Origin: Marsupella aquatica
Taxonomy: Eukaryota; Plantae; Marchantiophyta
NCBI GenBank assembly: GCA_973895155.1
Contig: OZ316895.1
Coordinates: 23,954,281-24,018,280, forward strand
Length of the DNA: 64,000 bases
Reading direction: 5' to 3'
Shown here in pieces: positions 39,001 to 52,657 of the stretch. The notes beneath the pieces were generated by a model. The model made no database searches. It saw only the letters and a program-made list of their open reading frames with translations, and had not been told where the DNA came from. A program made the position numbers and the translations under genes. Positions within the stretch are counted from its first letter, which is position 1. Each line of letters begins with the position of its first letter.

Positions 39001-39617
39001 ACTCACCTTTACACTGAGTTTTGCATCCTTGTTTGACATTTGGTTCTTAGGGTTATGGGTTGATGAGGTCAATTTTATACTCCTGCCTTGAGGATGATGT
39101 TTATGAACTCTTGCAGGTTGTGATTGTCAATCAAATTACCCACAAGTTCACTGAGGAAGGTTCGAAGATGCAACCTGCTTTAGGTCAGTGAAAGGAAACA
39201 CGAGCCAATAAGAATTTGGGAACGACTCTTCTCGTTGTGGTCTTCCTGGAGTTCTCAGTTTTAATGTGAACTGATTGTCTCGCAAAAGGTCACCTCGCAA
39301 AGTTCGAGGATGCAACCTGCTCTAGTTAAGTGAAAACAAAAGTGGAGCCAGTGAGGAATTAGAAGCAACTCTTCTTGTTGTGAATAAATCTTGTATGCTC
39401 TTCCCGGAGTTCTCAGTTCTAATGTTACCATCTTTATCAATCAGGTGAGGCCTGGGCACACTCTACCACCAATAGGCTGACTTTATACTGGAGTGACGGA
39501 CAACGGCATGCGTTCTTACTTAAGTCTCCATCTCTTCCACGGAGAGGTGCATCTTATGCAATTTCTAGAAGTGGAATACAGAATGTTGAAGAGGACCAGC
39601 AATGTCCACCTGATTAA
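36077..39617 (+). CDS. RAD51C: DNA repair protein RAD51 paralog C; exons 36077-36182, 36985-37083, 37322-37444, 37706-37739, 37901-37971, 38358-38587, 38852-38983, 39117-39183, 39445-39617
   Basis: Spliced product contains MEVEELPLPPTLRFKLQAAGY, TAWDILHNE, LDDILGGGI, Walker A GVPGVGKTQLG, NVQIP, YIDTEGSF, Walker B LIVIDSVAFHFR, VVIVNQIT, LGEAWAH and LLKSPSLP. All junctions are GT-AG and in phase. Confidence 0.93.
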
Positions 39618-40040
39618 TGTCATAATAGGAAGTTGAAAACCCAATATGATCACCGGCCCACAGCACAAATCAAGAGATGGCATGATTGCCAAGCAAACCT
39701 TGATTGCTGAGTGTTCTATTAGTTGTCACGTTCCCAGTGCGTCACCAACTGAAGAGATGTGCATCGGTCCGTAGGCAGTGGGGTTAGTAGGACGCTACTT
39801 GTTTTGATACAAGCTCGTCAAATAAAAAATTCTTTCAAATGTGTACATCATCTGCTCAAATTATGAGCATTTAAAATACCAAGGACACGCACGGGTAGCA
39901 CAATAATGTTTGGCTAGTTGCTGTCTGCTCAGAGGTTGAAGGTGACTTGGTAAAGAGCTCGCGCTGACGGTTTAGAAATGGCCAGAAGGTAAATGTTTGT
40001 TGTCTCCATAGTATGACGTCCACTGAAATGTTGAATGCAG

Positions 40041-40520
40041 GGACCAGCACCTGCAGATCTTCAAGCAGACTTGGAGCAGGTTAAGGAAAGCTTCATGTTC
40101 ACACCTTCTCTCTCATATATATGTAATTATTGAGTGCATAGTGCATGAAACAGAGAAAATAGCTTTTCCCAACAGGATGTACTATTTCTCGGAGCTCACG
40201 CCGGTAAAGGAGTCTTTCACGCATGTCAGTATGTAGAGCAACTATCTCTGGGACGATTGCAACTACTAGAGCCGCTAAATTTGTCGGTATAAATTTCGTT
40301 TCATCGATTCCTTCGTATCAGACGTTCACAATATCGAAGTTTGAAATTCGTGGGCCCAGATCAAGTTGAGCTTTTTGGTCAAATATATAACCAGGTATGG
40401 CTCTTTTGCCCTCCTGATGTAATTACCCCTTTATATTATTATACCTCTCTTACCTGGTCTGAAATTTGTACAGGTATCACTAATTGTGATTGGCTTTGTA
40501 GCATTTTCATTTGCGCCAAC
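40041..40520 (+). pseudogene. Decayed partial duplicate of RAD51C (3' part of exon 6, intron 6, start of exon 7)
   Basis: CAGCACCTGCAGATCTTCAAG...TCTCATATATAT...CAACAGGATG...CTCCTGATGTAATT...TTGTACAGGT...GTAGCATTTTCATTT is collinear with 38430-38895 but carries many indels. Confidence 0.8.
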
Positions 40521-40764
40521 ATTGCTTTTCAGTCCCTGTAAAATTTGCACTCAGTAGTATAGAATTATGTTAGTCCTCACTATTTCAGAGTGGCAGATCC
40601 GCAGCAGTCCTGTAATTGATGGTTCGGAGATTATAAGGTCATTTGCGCCAACATTTGGTTTTCAGTCCCTGTGAAAATTGCATAGGAATTATGTTAGTCC
40701 TCATTATTTCAGAGTGGCAGATCCCCAGCAGTCCTGTAATTGAGGGTTCTGACATTATAAGGTC
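40508..40764. repeat. Tandem duplication, ~125-130-bp unit x2
   Basis: ATTTGCGCCAACATT...TTCAGAGTGGCAGATCC.CAGCAGTCCTGTAATTGA...ATTATAAGGTC occurs twice. Confidence 0.85.
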
Positions 40765-40925
40765 TCTTAATACGACGAATTCGTGTGCCAAAACGAAGAA
40801 GACCCATCATAACAAGACACGATCACGTGATATATATAGTATGGACAATCTTAACATTTCATCCAGGTTCCCCAGTCTCGAATGTGTTCAACACGTAGAG
40901 GCTAAAACGACTAAGAGCAAAACAT

Positions 40926-40997
40926 TGCCTCCACAGAGGATCGAACTCTGGACCTTCAGTTTACAAGACTGACGCTCTACCACTGAGCTATAAAGGC
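40926..40997 (-). tRNA. trnT-UGU: tRNA-Thr (UGU)
   Basis: GCCTTTATAGCTCAGTGGTAGAGCGTCAGTCTTGTAAACTGAAGGTCCAGAGTTCGATCCTCTGTGGAGGCA folds as a cloverleaf with anticodon loop CT-TGT-AA, intact A and B boxes, and a downstream TTTT Pol III terminator. Confidence 0.96.
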
Positions 40998-41146
40998 TAC
41001 CTACGTTGGAATTTCGCTTTAAGCACTATAAAGCAAGTTTACATCAAGAAGTGCAACAACGTTCTGAACCCAAACCCTAAACAAGTTACATTGACGCAGG
41101 GAGGTTGTGTTTTCAGTTGTGGACTCACCACGATCTTCCTAAATTC

Positions 41147-41320
41147 AAGATAACAGGTGGATCTTTTAGTAGTGGACTCAGATCTTCCTATTTTCAAGAT
41201 AGCAGCTAGATCTAGCAAGTGTGGGTTTGAAAGATAACAGGTGTGGATCTTTTAGTAGTGGACTCAGATCTTCCTATTTTCAAGATAGCAGCTAGATCTA
41301 GCAAGTGTGGGTTTGAAAGA
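41147..41320. repeat. Near-perfect tandem duplication, ~87-bp unit x2
   Basis: AAGATAACAGGT(GT)GGATCTTTTAGTAGTGGACTCAGATCTTCC...GTGTGGGTTTGAAAGA occurs twice. Confidence 0.9.
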
Positions 41321-42962
41321 ATTAAGGAAGCATTGACATATTGTCCCAAAAAAAATTCAGTTTTGCTATAGACATAGCAAGCCAAAATTCTTGTTTAATA
41401 AGAGTTGGGCAAAATTTGGCCATTGTAAGAAACATTCTAAACCCTCCTTTATTAGAGCGGAGAAAGTAGCCCTAATGTCTGTGTGCTAACGTGGAAAAGA
41501 AGGTGGTTTGTGAGGCGCATGATACCCATGCAGGTGGTCCAAGCACAGATTTGGAAGACCAGAATGGAGAGGAAAAAATAATTATATCCTTAAACGTACC
41601 AACCCTAAGATTAGGACAAGACGTCAATTTGATAACAACCTCTATGGGAAAAACATTTAAGTCCTGCCAGTCCACTGCCATCCTGTTTTTAGAGGGTGAG
41701 ATGTTCCCTGGGCTTCAAGGGGGACAATAGGGTTACATTTGTGGGGACAAAGGACATGCTAGATGGACTCTCTGGGTGGCTCTACAAGCATTGTGGGCCC
41801 CCATAGTCTTCCTTCCTTTTTATTCCCTCTGAGATAAAATCTGGACCACTTAATTAATGGAAATGGTTGCATAGGCTTCACAAGAACTCAGGGGCCCATT
41901 CAGATATGGTGTCTACCTACCCCTAAGCTTCACAAGAACTCGGGAGCCCATTCAGATATGGTGCCTACCTACCCTACGCAGAAAAGAGTGGACACAAGTA
42001 TGTGCAGATGTGGAGCACTAATTTTGTCTAGAATTAATGATTGGGGGTGTTCCAAACATTTACAAACTTTGGTCCTTCATTCAAGGTTTACATGTATTGA
42101 AGTTCATTTCAAACATACTTTTGGTCCGGAGACTATCTTTAGAACAAGGCTGAGCCCTCCACTTTGCTCTGGTGGAAACAAGTCACTAGTGCCCCCAACT
42201 TCTTGTAAAGTCACCACCTCTATTACTACAATTTAAGTGTCCAATTCCAAATCCTCTTTGTTACAGGCCTTTGAAATGCAGCTTTCCATATACCATGTTC
42301 ATTATGCCAGCCACACGTCCCTGAGACTCCCTTACATGGGCACCGTCTATTTGGCTAAAGGCCTTCAGAAGGCGTGGCCACAATTAAAAACATTGGCAAA
42401 GTTGTTTCTGGCTAAAACATTGTCTAAGTGACATCTTTGGACCTCAAATGGGTTGGCCAACACGAACTATACAAAACATAAAAATTCAGATTTTGTGATA
42501 ATGTAGCGTGTCTCGAAGTTTCATCCTAATGGCAGAGGATGAATTGAAACCTTGCGCAAAAGATTTCAGAGCTCGAATGTAGGATTCCAATTTGCATCAT
42601 TATTTCCTGCTGGGTGCAACAACTGAAGCAGGACGTGAAAAGTTTCACCAGGCGTCACAGGATGTTTGTGAGAGCATTTGGAATCTAAAGAGACGTCAAA
42701 ATAGAGTACAGTTTAATAACTACGTACCGATAATGTCACCATTTTCTACGAGATTAATTGCTTGAATGGCATCAGCAAACATCCGCTACTACCACAGGCT
42801 GGCGGCGGATGCTTTGTGAAATTGGTATTTCTTTGAATTTGTAGATTTTCCTGAAGCTAAAAAAATGGATAATTGGCTTCTTTTTCTCCAATCGTGTGGG
42901 TACTCCAAACTGCAACCACCATCACTTCAGTTAACAGAAGGATGCAAATCTCGAAGACAGAG

Positions 42963-44638
42963 TCACCGACCACCTGCACGCCTGGTTTGGCCGCTCATCA
43001 TCTCTTTACCGGCCACCAGGAAAAAGGCAGTGTGCCTGAGCAACAGACATTGTGTCACCATTAATAATTAGCCTGCACTCCAAAGTGGGGTACCCTCCTT
43101 GACTATATCAGCCAATCACATCTTCGTGAGTTCTCAGAACCTTCAATGTCAATCAGAAAAATATAGGAAAGGCTGATAAAAGCAGACTGTTGTCACATGG
43201 CAGAACTGAACGCTAGTGAAATCTGCTTAATCACGATGCTAAGAGTAAGAAATGCCAAATAGGTGTATCTGGGCAGCTGTGCACCTGAAGAAGTTCCACA
43301 TTCGAGTCTTTGAGTCAGCATCAATGGCTTCCACACTGTCCAAAGCAGCCCTCATGTGCTCAAGCCAACGCTGAGCTGCTTGCTCAGTTACTGCATAGGG
43401 GGCATGGCGACCGATCAAAGCTGGATGTCCTGCGCACTCCTCACTAAGTCCAGCAATTTAGGTTTTCCGTCAATAATTGTATCTATCGACAAAGTCTGCA
43501 CAGAAAATACTAGTTACAATCAATGATGTGGAAAGGATTTGTAGTTTGCACGATCCTGTCTTTCATATCATACTGACAAAAATACATTTTGATTTCAATA
43601 CCATACATCGTCATACCTTTTCTCCGAGAATAAAGTGGAGGTCCTCCCATTCGTTGAATGAAAAACTCGTACTGATTTTGGATGGCTTCCTCTTTGGAGG
43701 AATTTGCGAAAATTGATTTGAACCACTCATTTTCGTCATCGTATACTCTGTTCAAGCAAAGGAGAACCACCAGATATTATAACGCAAGCAGAAACCACCA
43801 ATTGCATTTTGAATCCTTTAAGATCAAGTGCGTAATTAACAGGCATAAATACTCTAGCCTGGCAGGGCCGGCACTTGAGACATTAGCAAAGTTGACAAGC
43901 GCAACAGAAATTGCAAAAGGATCCTCAGGGAAGCCATGAATCCGAGAAGGCACAAAGATCTCTTTAAATATGAATGTTTCACCGAGATCTGGCTTGTTAA
44001 TAACAAAACAAATCAACCTGCTAATAAAATTCTTTGATCCTACCCCTAAGACCTGTAAGTGTGTTCTCCATTGTGAATGGCGGCCTTCTAAAGTCTGAAG
44101 TCTCCAAAAATGTTCAGAGTCAATGCTATGATGTCCTCATGGAGAATCAAGAGAGCTGGATTTTCCTCCCTCCATCACAGAGCTGCTGTTGTCCTTAGAC
44201 CCAAAAAGCAATGTTCGGCCAGAGAGAGTTGCTGGCCTCAAAACAACAGCAGGATTTCACGAGATCGCAGGATTTCACGAGATCGCATTGGCAGCTACAC
44301 AGCTCTAACGCCGTCGGTGAAGGTCCAAATCTTTTCACGTGAGCGCCACCAGTAGCCAAATGAGAATGACCATTTCTCCTTACCGACCACAACGCCCAAA
44401 GTTCGCATTAATTTAAGCAGCAAAACGTCGAGACCACAGTCAGATTAGACAGTATTCCTGGAACCCAAAAATATTGCTTCCAGATAGACAGGTACACAGA
44501 CCTGGTGTAAAAGTTGGTGGAGAGCTGCACGAAAGGATCCTGCCCAAGCCGCTGGTACAAACTCACTTCATCAATGGCAAAAGCGTCTTCCTGTCTCACT
44601 CCACTCCGAAGAGTAGCCTGTTCCTGTAGTGACATCAT
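42963..44638 (-). CDS. GLB3: Two-on-two (truncated, group II) hemoglobin; exons 44502-44638, 43617-43747, 43285-43429, 42963-43035 (161 aa)
   Basis: MMSLQEQA...[14 protein letters not shown]...[63 protein letters not shown]...AAQRWLEHM...[12 protein letters not shown] is typical of plant GLB3. GT-AG junctions are in phase. Confidence 0.95.
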
Positions 44639-44712
44639 TTCTCTTCTCTTCTCTTCTCTTTTCTTCTCTTCTCTTCTCTTCTCTTCTCTTCTCTTCTCTT
44701 CTCTTCTCTTCT
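44639..44712. repeat. (CTCTT)n microsatellite directly 5' of the GLB3 start codon
   Basis: About 14 pentamer units, reading (AAGAG)n on the GLB3 sense strand, adjoined by (TCTGGG)3. Confidence 0.9.
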
Positions 44713-47700
44713 CTGGGTCTGGGTCTGGGTCTGCCTTGATGCCAGAGAGTATTACAAAGTACCGGAATATGATGATGACACAAGAATCGAGCCCATAAAG
44801 TCCAGAATTCTCCGTGCTCCCAATGACGATTCCAAAGTCGTCTGTTGTTCGCCTGCCTCCGGGCCTGCCTCGTGGTGTATGTCGACAGAATGCAGAAACG
44901 CGGTGGGGGAGCAACAACGGAGAGAGACTATAATGGAAGAATGTCGTGAATGAGTTCATTCATTTGTTGTCTTCGCTTCCTTGACGAACCGTGCACGACA
45001 CTATAGTCGCCTCTCGCTAAGTGCACACTGTTCAAGTGCAGTCCCTGGATAACTGCAAGGTATCCCGTTCTTCCCTTGTCTTGTCTGTACACTCAGCAAT
45101 TCACATTTGTGAAGTCCTACTGGTGATTTTGTGCTGCCATTGTTTGGCCGTAGTGTAGACATTTGTGCCCCCGTGAAGAACACTTACTGATTTAAACACA
45201 CTAGCCCCCACTACCCCTTCTTTGAACATGAATAGCGGGGAGGAGAATAAAATGTCCCCAAAATAGATTCCTTATTCATAGTCTTTGAAGGTTAATGAAT
45301 GATAAAAAAATTATCATACATATCATCATTTTATTAATCATACATAAGATATGATACTCTTTTCTATGCACATCCCTCTTTCTTTGCACATATGTTATGG
45401 TGGGGCCACAGAGCCCATTTTTTAATGTAAATAAAAACCATGACAAAAGCATGCATGCTTATAGTTTGACATACATCATAGTCATGTGTTTTTCCCATCA
45501 CACATCCACATGATGAGCCATGGAGGCATAGTCTAGAGCCTTCACTCTAAAAACCTAGGCCCTAACTCTAGCTTGTAGTTGGCGCTTTATAAGTAAGATT
45601 TGTGCCTCCATGAAGAACACTCAGTCATTGAAACAAAATTATTGGGTTTATTGTGGTACGGATTGACATAGTACACCATATATTGTCACATTTTGATGTG
45701 CAATTACCAAAACCCCTTTGAGCTGCTATTGTTTAGAGCTAGTGTGTCCCTGTTGAAGCCCCGGCTGAGGCTCTGACCCCTAGCTTTCTTTTTTTAGTGA
45801 TCCAGAGTGCATGAAACAGGCTCTGTTCCCTAGCTGTGGGTGGGGGAGCAATGTCTTTGTATCAGTGCATTGGAACACTCTATTGCGTGAATGAAGCATT
45901 GGTCTTTGAAATATGGCTCCCTTTATTGTTTCAATTGATTTTTCTTGGGGGCTTATAAGTGACTCTACAAATAGTGTTATGCACAAACTGAAGTAGTATT
46001 ACACATACTCTCCAAAGTGCTATGCACCAACCAAAGTAGTACTAGACTAATGTTACTTAATACATGCATTATTAGTGTTAGTCAATAACTAACATTGGCA
46101 ATGTTAGCTGAAGAGTAAACCCCAAAAATAGTCTACACAAATATTGATACCAAAACTCAGTGTGGTGAACAGTCTAGTGTGTGCACAATTAGAAGCTCCA
46201 ATAGCTATATACACTCATGTGTGCTCCAAGCCACTCTAAAGTAACTTTGGTTAGGTATATATACTTAACCTAACTGAGAAAAGATTCTAATACCTTACGC
46301 CTAGTGTTCAACCTGATTTATGTAATAGACCAACAAAAACTGAAGAGACCAAATCAAGCAATAGCAAACTGGCAAACACAAAAGAGCCCCGTCCCCACAT
46401 CCAAAGAGGAGGCCAACTGCACTTACAGCAAACCACAAGGTATAAGGACACAATGACCCCCAAAATGACTATCACACCGGAAACACCAATATAGATGATT
46501 CATGAGTTCATTTTGATGAGTAAGCTCTTTACTAGGGATAACAACTAGAGAAAACAGAAGCAAGAAAAATTGAATTAAGGACATTTTGAGAAATAGAGAA
46601 AAGAAAGGGGGACTTGTTCTGATTTGTACCAGCTGTTTTGCTGTCATTTGGCTTAGGATTCATGTAACTAGTTCTCCTCACTATCTCAATTCAGGTACAG
46701 CCTTTCCTAATTCATTTTCAGATTCCCTTCTCATATCCAGCCTTTTCACTTACACCATAACCCCAAATCACACAGCTGGCAAGGATACAATGTTAAACTT
46801 TCATCTGACCATCTTTTCCTCTACAGTTGCATCCTCCACACCAAGAAGAGTACATTGTGTGGGTTAGAACAATTACTGTATACCATCCAGACTAAATTTG
46901 ATAAATTAAAAACCGGGCGAGCAATCAGTGTGGTGAATCAGTGTGGTGAACTAATTTGCGGTGAATTTTGAGAGAGTACTAGTTTTTCTAGGATGACAAG
47001 GGATTGTGCCTCCAGCTTGCAAATGTCCATGATGACCAGAAATTTGCTTTGGATGGGATTGGCATCTAATTGGGCACTCTGAGATTTGTAAGATTGCCAC
47101 TATATTTTTAGCCAAAACTACCAGGCTGCCCCCTTCCGCGGGACACCCATGGTCGAGTGACTGTTAGTCACCAACAGTGGGCTGCCATATCCAACTCTAG
47201 CGCTGCAAACGTGATCTGGGAACTAACAACAACATAGACGGATCTGAACTTTAACCTGGGTTGCTTCTGTTCAAAGCAGCGACATGGCAATCATTAATAA
47301 ATTTTTTGATCGGAATATAGCACACAACCCACATTACATGTGCTTCAGTCTTGGACTAGTACACGAAGCTTCATGAAGTGTAATAGCATGCAATAACTAG
47401 TAGCTTGCCAAGGGAGACACAGCCCAAAGAAGGACCAAAAGCGATCCGCATGCACAAGAAGAAAGCTAAGAAGAGATTCTAGCCCGCAGCAAATGCTTGA
47501 AGTAGTGTTACCTTGACTAGCTGATAATAGTGATAAACAAAGGGCCGTATGTGATTGAGTTGGTGTCATGGGAACTCTAAAATCCGCTCGAAGTAGTTTG
47601 CGTGACCAGCACTAATTTAGTGACAGCAAACCTCTCTACATGCTTGAACCAATGTCCGCCGAGTTCTAAAATCCAGTTCACATACATTGGCACGGCAGTG

Positions 47701-48777
47701 TCATTTTTGAGATACCAATTGTGTGCTTTAAAAAAACACTGTATTCCTTGAACACGTTATTTGTTTCCAGTCCATCGACATTGCATGTCAGCAAGTGGAC
47801 AAGCTTTGGATGCATTTGACTGGATATCCATCCAAGCCAGACTGAGCGATGTCCTAATTTACTCTTTGATAGAAGTGTTAAGCCCCCATGCCCTTGTAGG
47901 GAAGTGCCTAGTATTGCAGATTCCTCCAGTCCACCAGCATACCAGTAGTCATCACCTTGTCGTCCACCATCCTTGTCCCTTAATAACTCTGTGTACCATC
48001 CAATCCTGACGAAGAGCTCATGACTTCATACTGTGATCGTGTCCAGGAGAACCTTGCTACCACTAACTGCAATTCCACATTGGCTAGTCTGGATAATAGC
48101 TATCCCGAGGTCAACATCAAATTGAGGAGTTAATCTCCCTACTTGTTCATGTTCCATGTTCGTGGCACGCTGATTAAAAATTGTGACAGGGACAGAACCA
48201 CTTTTTCATGTCCCTGAATTAATTTCACGCTAATTGAGAGTCGCCGTCACAGGGATTAGACCAGGGTTGGGCAACTCGACCAGGTCTATGCTCACTGTGT
48301 TGACAAAACGATTCATCATCCCAACATTGGGAAATGTGCCTATCTGGCAAAATGTTACGAAACTGTCCAATCCGTAACCGTGGTTCTACATCTTACGAAT
48401 GGTGAAGTTGACGTTTTGGCACCATGTATCACTTGATAGGCACGGCGAAAGAATACTTAATACAATCATGTTAAAGAATGACTAACTCTGGCTACCTTTT
48501 GTATCTAAACAAAACCAACTAATTTCTTTTACAACGGATATCCAACCAGGCCCCACTTTTGATACCCGTCCAATCTATTGTAACAGTACAGGAGGTAAAA
48601 CTGGCAAACAACAATCTGGGTGAGATATGGTCCAGGCTGCCTGCCGCGGGAAGCTGTGACTCACATTTTTCTCGCCAAATATTTGTACACCCTCCTGATG
48701 ACGTAATGGGTCACAAGCATGACTCAAAGCTTGCACACAAAAAACTGCCGATGACGACACTGCCTGATCATGTCTTT

Positions 48778-51700
48778 CTAGTTCTTTTTCCAAGGCTTTA
48801 TGACAACAACAACGATGATGGCAATGATAATGAGCAGTAGAATGACTGCAAAACACATGCATTTGCGGGTGCCCCTCTGCAACTTCTTCGCGGTCTGCAA
48901 AGCTATTGTTCCTGATTGCACATGCTCCACTGCCTTGTTTACCTGATAGCAAAAGACAGAAGGCATCAAGTACAGCACACACCGGCACGAAAAGCCAAGC
49001 GTCGGTATCTCAAACATGAATTCACAATGAAGTTGCAGAATGCGTTTAATCTTAAAAAGCTTAAGAATTCAAGTGTTCCCAGTTTTCTAGGGAGGCGTAT
49101 CGCTAATATACACTTCAATGAGAAACTTTGGGATCGCTCTCATTTTAGAAAGCTTCAGGATGCACGTATTTCATGTTTTTGTAAGCACCAGCACTGTTCA
49201 AAAACGAATGCTGCGGGTCATATTTCTATCCAGTAGGAGGTATCTCACAGTCACTCCCCTCGAGACTGCCAAAGCTCACGCAAGTTCGAGTGATTGGGTA
49301 ATGGAGTGCTTTTTTAGCCAGGTGGCTTGTCACGTTTAACAGGGGACTCGAGTCCAGTTCTCGCCTGGGAAAAATACAAAGTTGAACTGCTGATCGGGAC
49401 GAACCTGAGTTTCAATGTTATCGAGCAGCTCACCCTGAGCCTCGACGAGGACGGCCATGTCCAAAAAGATCTGCAAGCGAACAGCTTAAAATTAGAGAAT
49501 CTCCGCAACTTTCTTGTTTTAACTGCTCCAGTAGCCCCGAGGAAAATTGGAGCACAAGCGGATATACAAACTATTGATTTGAAACGCTGGAGGTATGTCA
49601 TCTGATCTCGAATGTCCACCAACATGTTGAGAGCAACGTGAGCGATTCAAAATAAACAAAATTTAGACAAGATTGCATCTAACTACAATTTTGTCTGGGT
49701 AAAGAAAATAATGAGCACTGGCACATCTTAGCGCGTTTCAAGAGCGATGACATCTGGTCACAGTTATCAATAACGACTTGTAACTACTCCTGATTACCTG
49801 GTGAAGGTCCAAGAGCTTTTTCTCAATGTCCTTGACAGCATCATGACGCTCTTGAATTTCAGCAATGGTATCCAGAATCTGAAAGCAACAGATTGTCAAG
49901 TCACTTCTCCAACCATGAATTCCAAATGAATTTCACAAGCAAAGAAACTGGGCCAGTATAAGAATGAGAATGGGAATTGTCTCACCTGTCCTCGCCCCTG
50001 TTCTTGAATTGCCTTTTGAAATATTTGCTCGCTGTCTCCAGTTTCTATCAATTGATCAATGACCTGCATTCACAGCCATTCACAAGCATTACGACTGAAC
50101 ATAAGAAAGCCTCGTTTGAGAAAGCAAAGAAACCAACCGACATCAATTCAAGATCTAGACATCGTAAAATCAAGTAAATGCAGGAGCATTTGATAATGAC
50201 TAGTACTTACAGCCTCATCTGCCTGCTGTCCCGTCACTGTCCATTTTAAATGCACACATCACAAAAGGGTTTCATTGGTGAGCCATGCCTTATCAGACCG
50301 TCTCCAAAGTATTCACAAATTTACTTCCAGCAATCCAATATATTTTCTCGGGGCATTTTTTCATTAAGCCTCAGGGCCATAATCACTTGTCGGGTGCGCA
50401 ATAATGCTCAATCACTTAGCTCAATATCACTACAAGCTAGGGGTTTGCAACCATACCAGTGAAAACACGTCTTTCCACAACTTCCCGATACTCATCAGAG
50501 AATTTTTGCCGCAAAATCTGAGAAAAACAACAGTGCAGGTCAGCAACCAATCACGAATAATTCCATCGTCATTTGAATAACAAGACCGATTATCAGTTTA
50601 CTGCCCTTTCCAACATCAGTCCTCCCTCTCATCAAAGCGAGTACTTTTGACAAGAACTAATGAAAACCAGTGAAAACGGAAATTGAAACATGAATAAGTA
50701 CAAACATTGAAGACACAGGCAACTGTAGGATGGTAATAGCTGCTTACTTGAAATTCTGACATTAGCTCTTTCAGCTTTTTCTTCAAGGTACTGCAGTTCC
50801 AGAACACCAAAACTAGTCAATTCACTTAATCCAGAATACCATTCCATACTGTCAACTCTAACCTGAGATTAGATGGAAAAACCTGTCGGACAGAGCAAAA
50901 TTAGGGAAGAATTGTCAAGACCCCTTCCAGACATCACAACTGTGAGGACATAAGTTCGATTTTCTTTGCCAGCGGAAAAGTTTGTTTCTCGAATTAGCAA
51001 CGGACTGCTATACTCTGTCAACAATCCAAACTTTCAAAAGTTGATAATGATCGTGACAATTGCTAAGAAAAAGTGTCAGTCAAACTTACGCGGTAATAGA
51101 CATTCGTGTGCGATCTGTACTGGAACCTTCACCACAATTTGGTTTCTTGCGATTGGCAACATTCTGCTCCACCGACAAAAATCATCAGCTCAGACTTTTC
51201 CAGTGTCAGTGTCTTAACCTGCATAAGGCATCATGTGCACGAGAGCCCAAACTGAGCCAGATACTAAAGGTATGTAGGAATCATACCGCTTTATCAAGGG
51301 CCTCAAGTTTGCCCTTGATACCTTGAGCCACCTTACTGACGTCATCAATATCTTTTCCCATCCGCTGTTTCAAAGCTGCAACCCAAAAGGGTACGGGCGT
51401 TAGTCAAAGATGCAGCATTTTCAAACCCTGTCAAGTCGCTGGTGCTCAAGAGCAAATCAAAATATTAGTAACTTAGAGTGAACTGCGACATAGTGCATCC
51501 CAAATTGAATCAAATAAAAGCTTTCTCAACTTTCTCATGATGCATGGCTACACTTTCACTACCTACCTTTCATGGCCTTCGCATTAGTGACTGTTTTAGA
51601 CTCCTCGTTCGCGTCCTGCACAATTCTCCAGCAAATAAGATTGAATTTCAAAGAATGGGAGGTCCACAAAAGGAGATTAGCGACCGCGAAGAAGGCAATA

Positions 51701-52657
51701 TGGTTATCTACTTTCATGTTCTGACAAATGAGAACCCCCATGCTGCGGATCATCCTAATGACACATTACAGGCCTTGATAACCCGAGACCGAGCTCTCTT
51801 AATACAGCACAACAACCTCCCTGGAACACAAGTGGACGTAAAATGACACAAGACCTTCCTTTCTCTGCGAAATTAGCGGTGACATGCATGAGTCCCTTCC
51901 ACTATGTCAATCATCGATACGTAGCGATAAAAGGGATGGGGACTGACCTGTAGCTTTTGGAGGCTCTTGCGAATTTGCGCCATGTCATTCTTGATGACAC
52001 CCACCTGTAACAAGGAAAAGGAACATCAGGGCCACCGAATCATCCTAAGTAGCATTAAACAGCCAAATCTCGCATCCTACAGATGAGGCAGCACATGCAC
52101 ATCCAGACTGAACAGACCTCTGCGAAGAACTGGGCCATGTCAGCCCCGCCATCGCTGGCCTCAGATGTCCCTGCCATCTCAACATCTCCTTTGCCATTGA
52201 TATCTGCAGCTCCCCGAGAGTGTCGATCGGATCTCTGCAAGAAGAGTTGAAACGCTAATCAGTCTCCAGTTCATACGAATATGCTCTATCTCGGGTGAGA
52301 GAACCGCCCTTCTAATGACCCAAATTGTTTTCTTCGCTGACGGTGAGTCTCTCACTTCCATCATCTGCGCTAATACGTAATCTAGCTCTCCGACCCAAAA
52401 ACCCACCCAGCTGGGCTGAAACGACCAACAAAGCTTCCGTAACGGGACATGGAAAAGGCAGGTTTTCTGCCCTCCTGGTCCATCCTAATAATGCAGGTCG
52501 CAGCTCTTCAGCCGTCAAGCCAGCAAGCCATTCGGATTTAAAATAAAACTATGCAGAAGGACCCTCACATCGGCCTCCCCCAAAAAGTCATTCTGATCAA
52601 ATTGCCCTCCCACATGAAACAGAGAGCATTGAGACGTACCCCTAAAAGATCGTTCAT
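48778..52657 (-). CDS. SYP13: Plasma-membrane Qa-SNARE syntaxin, SYP13 (SYP131/132-like), 13 coding exons, 307 aa
   Basis: Exons 52640-52657, 52118-52234, 51948-52004, 51567-51615, 51287-51375, 51090-51163, 50748-50790, 50457-50517, 50211-50236, 49986-50063, 49798-49878, 49405-49470, 48778-48942. Motifs [60 protein letters not shown] and a C-terminal TM helix. Confidence 0.95.

Noticed and set aside
44408-44959. 183-aa ORF as a standalone protein
   Set aside because: It is GLB3 exon 1 plus microsatellite-derived upstream sequence and intron read-through.
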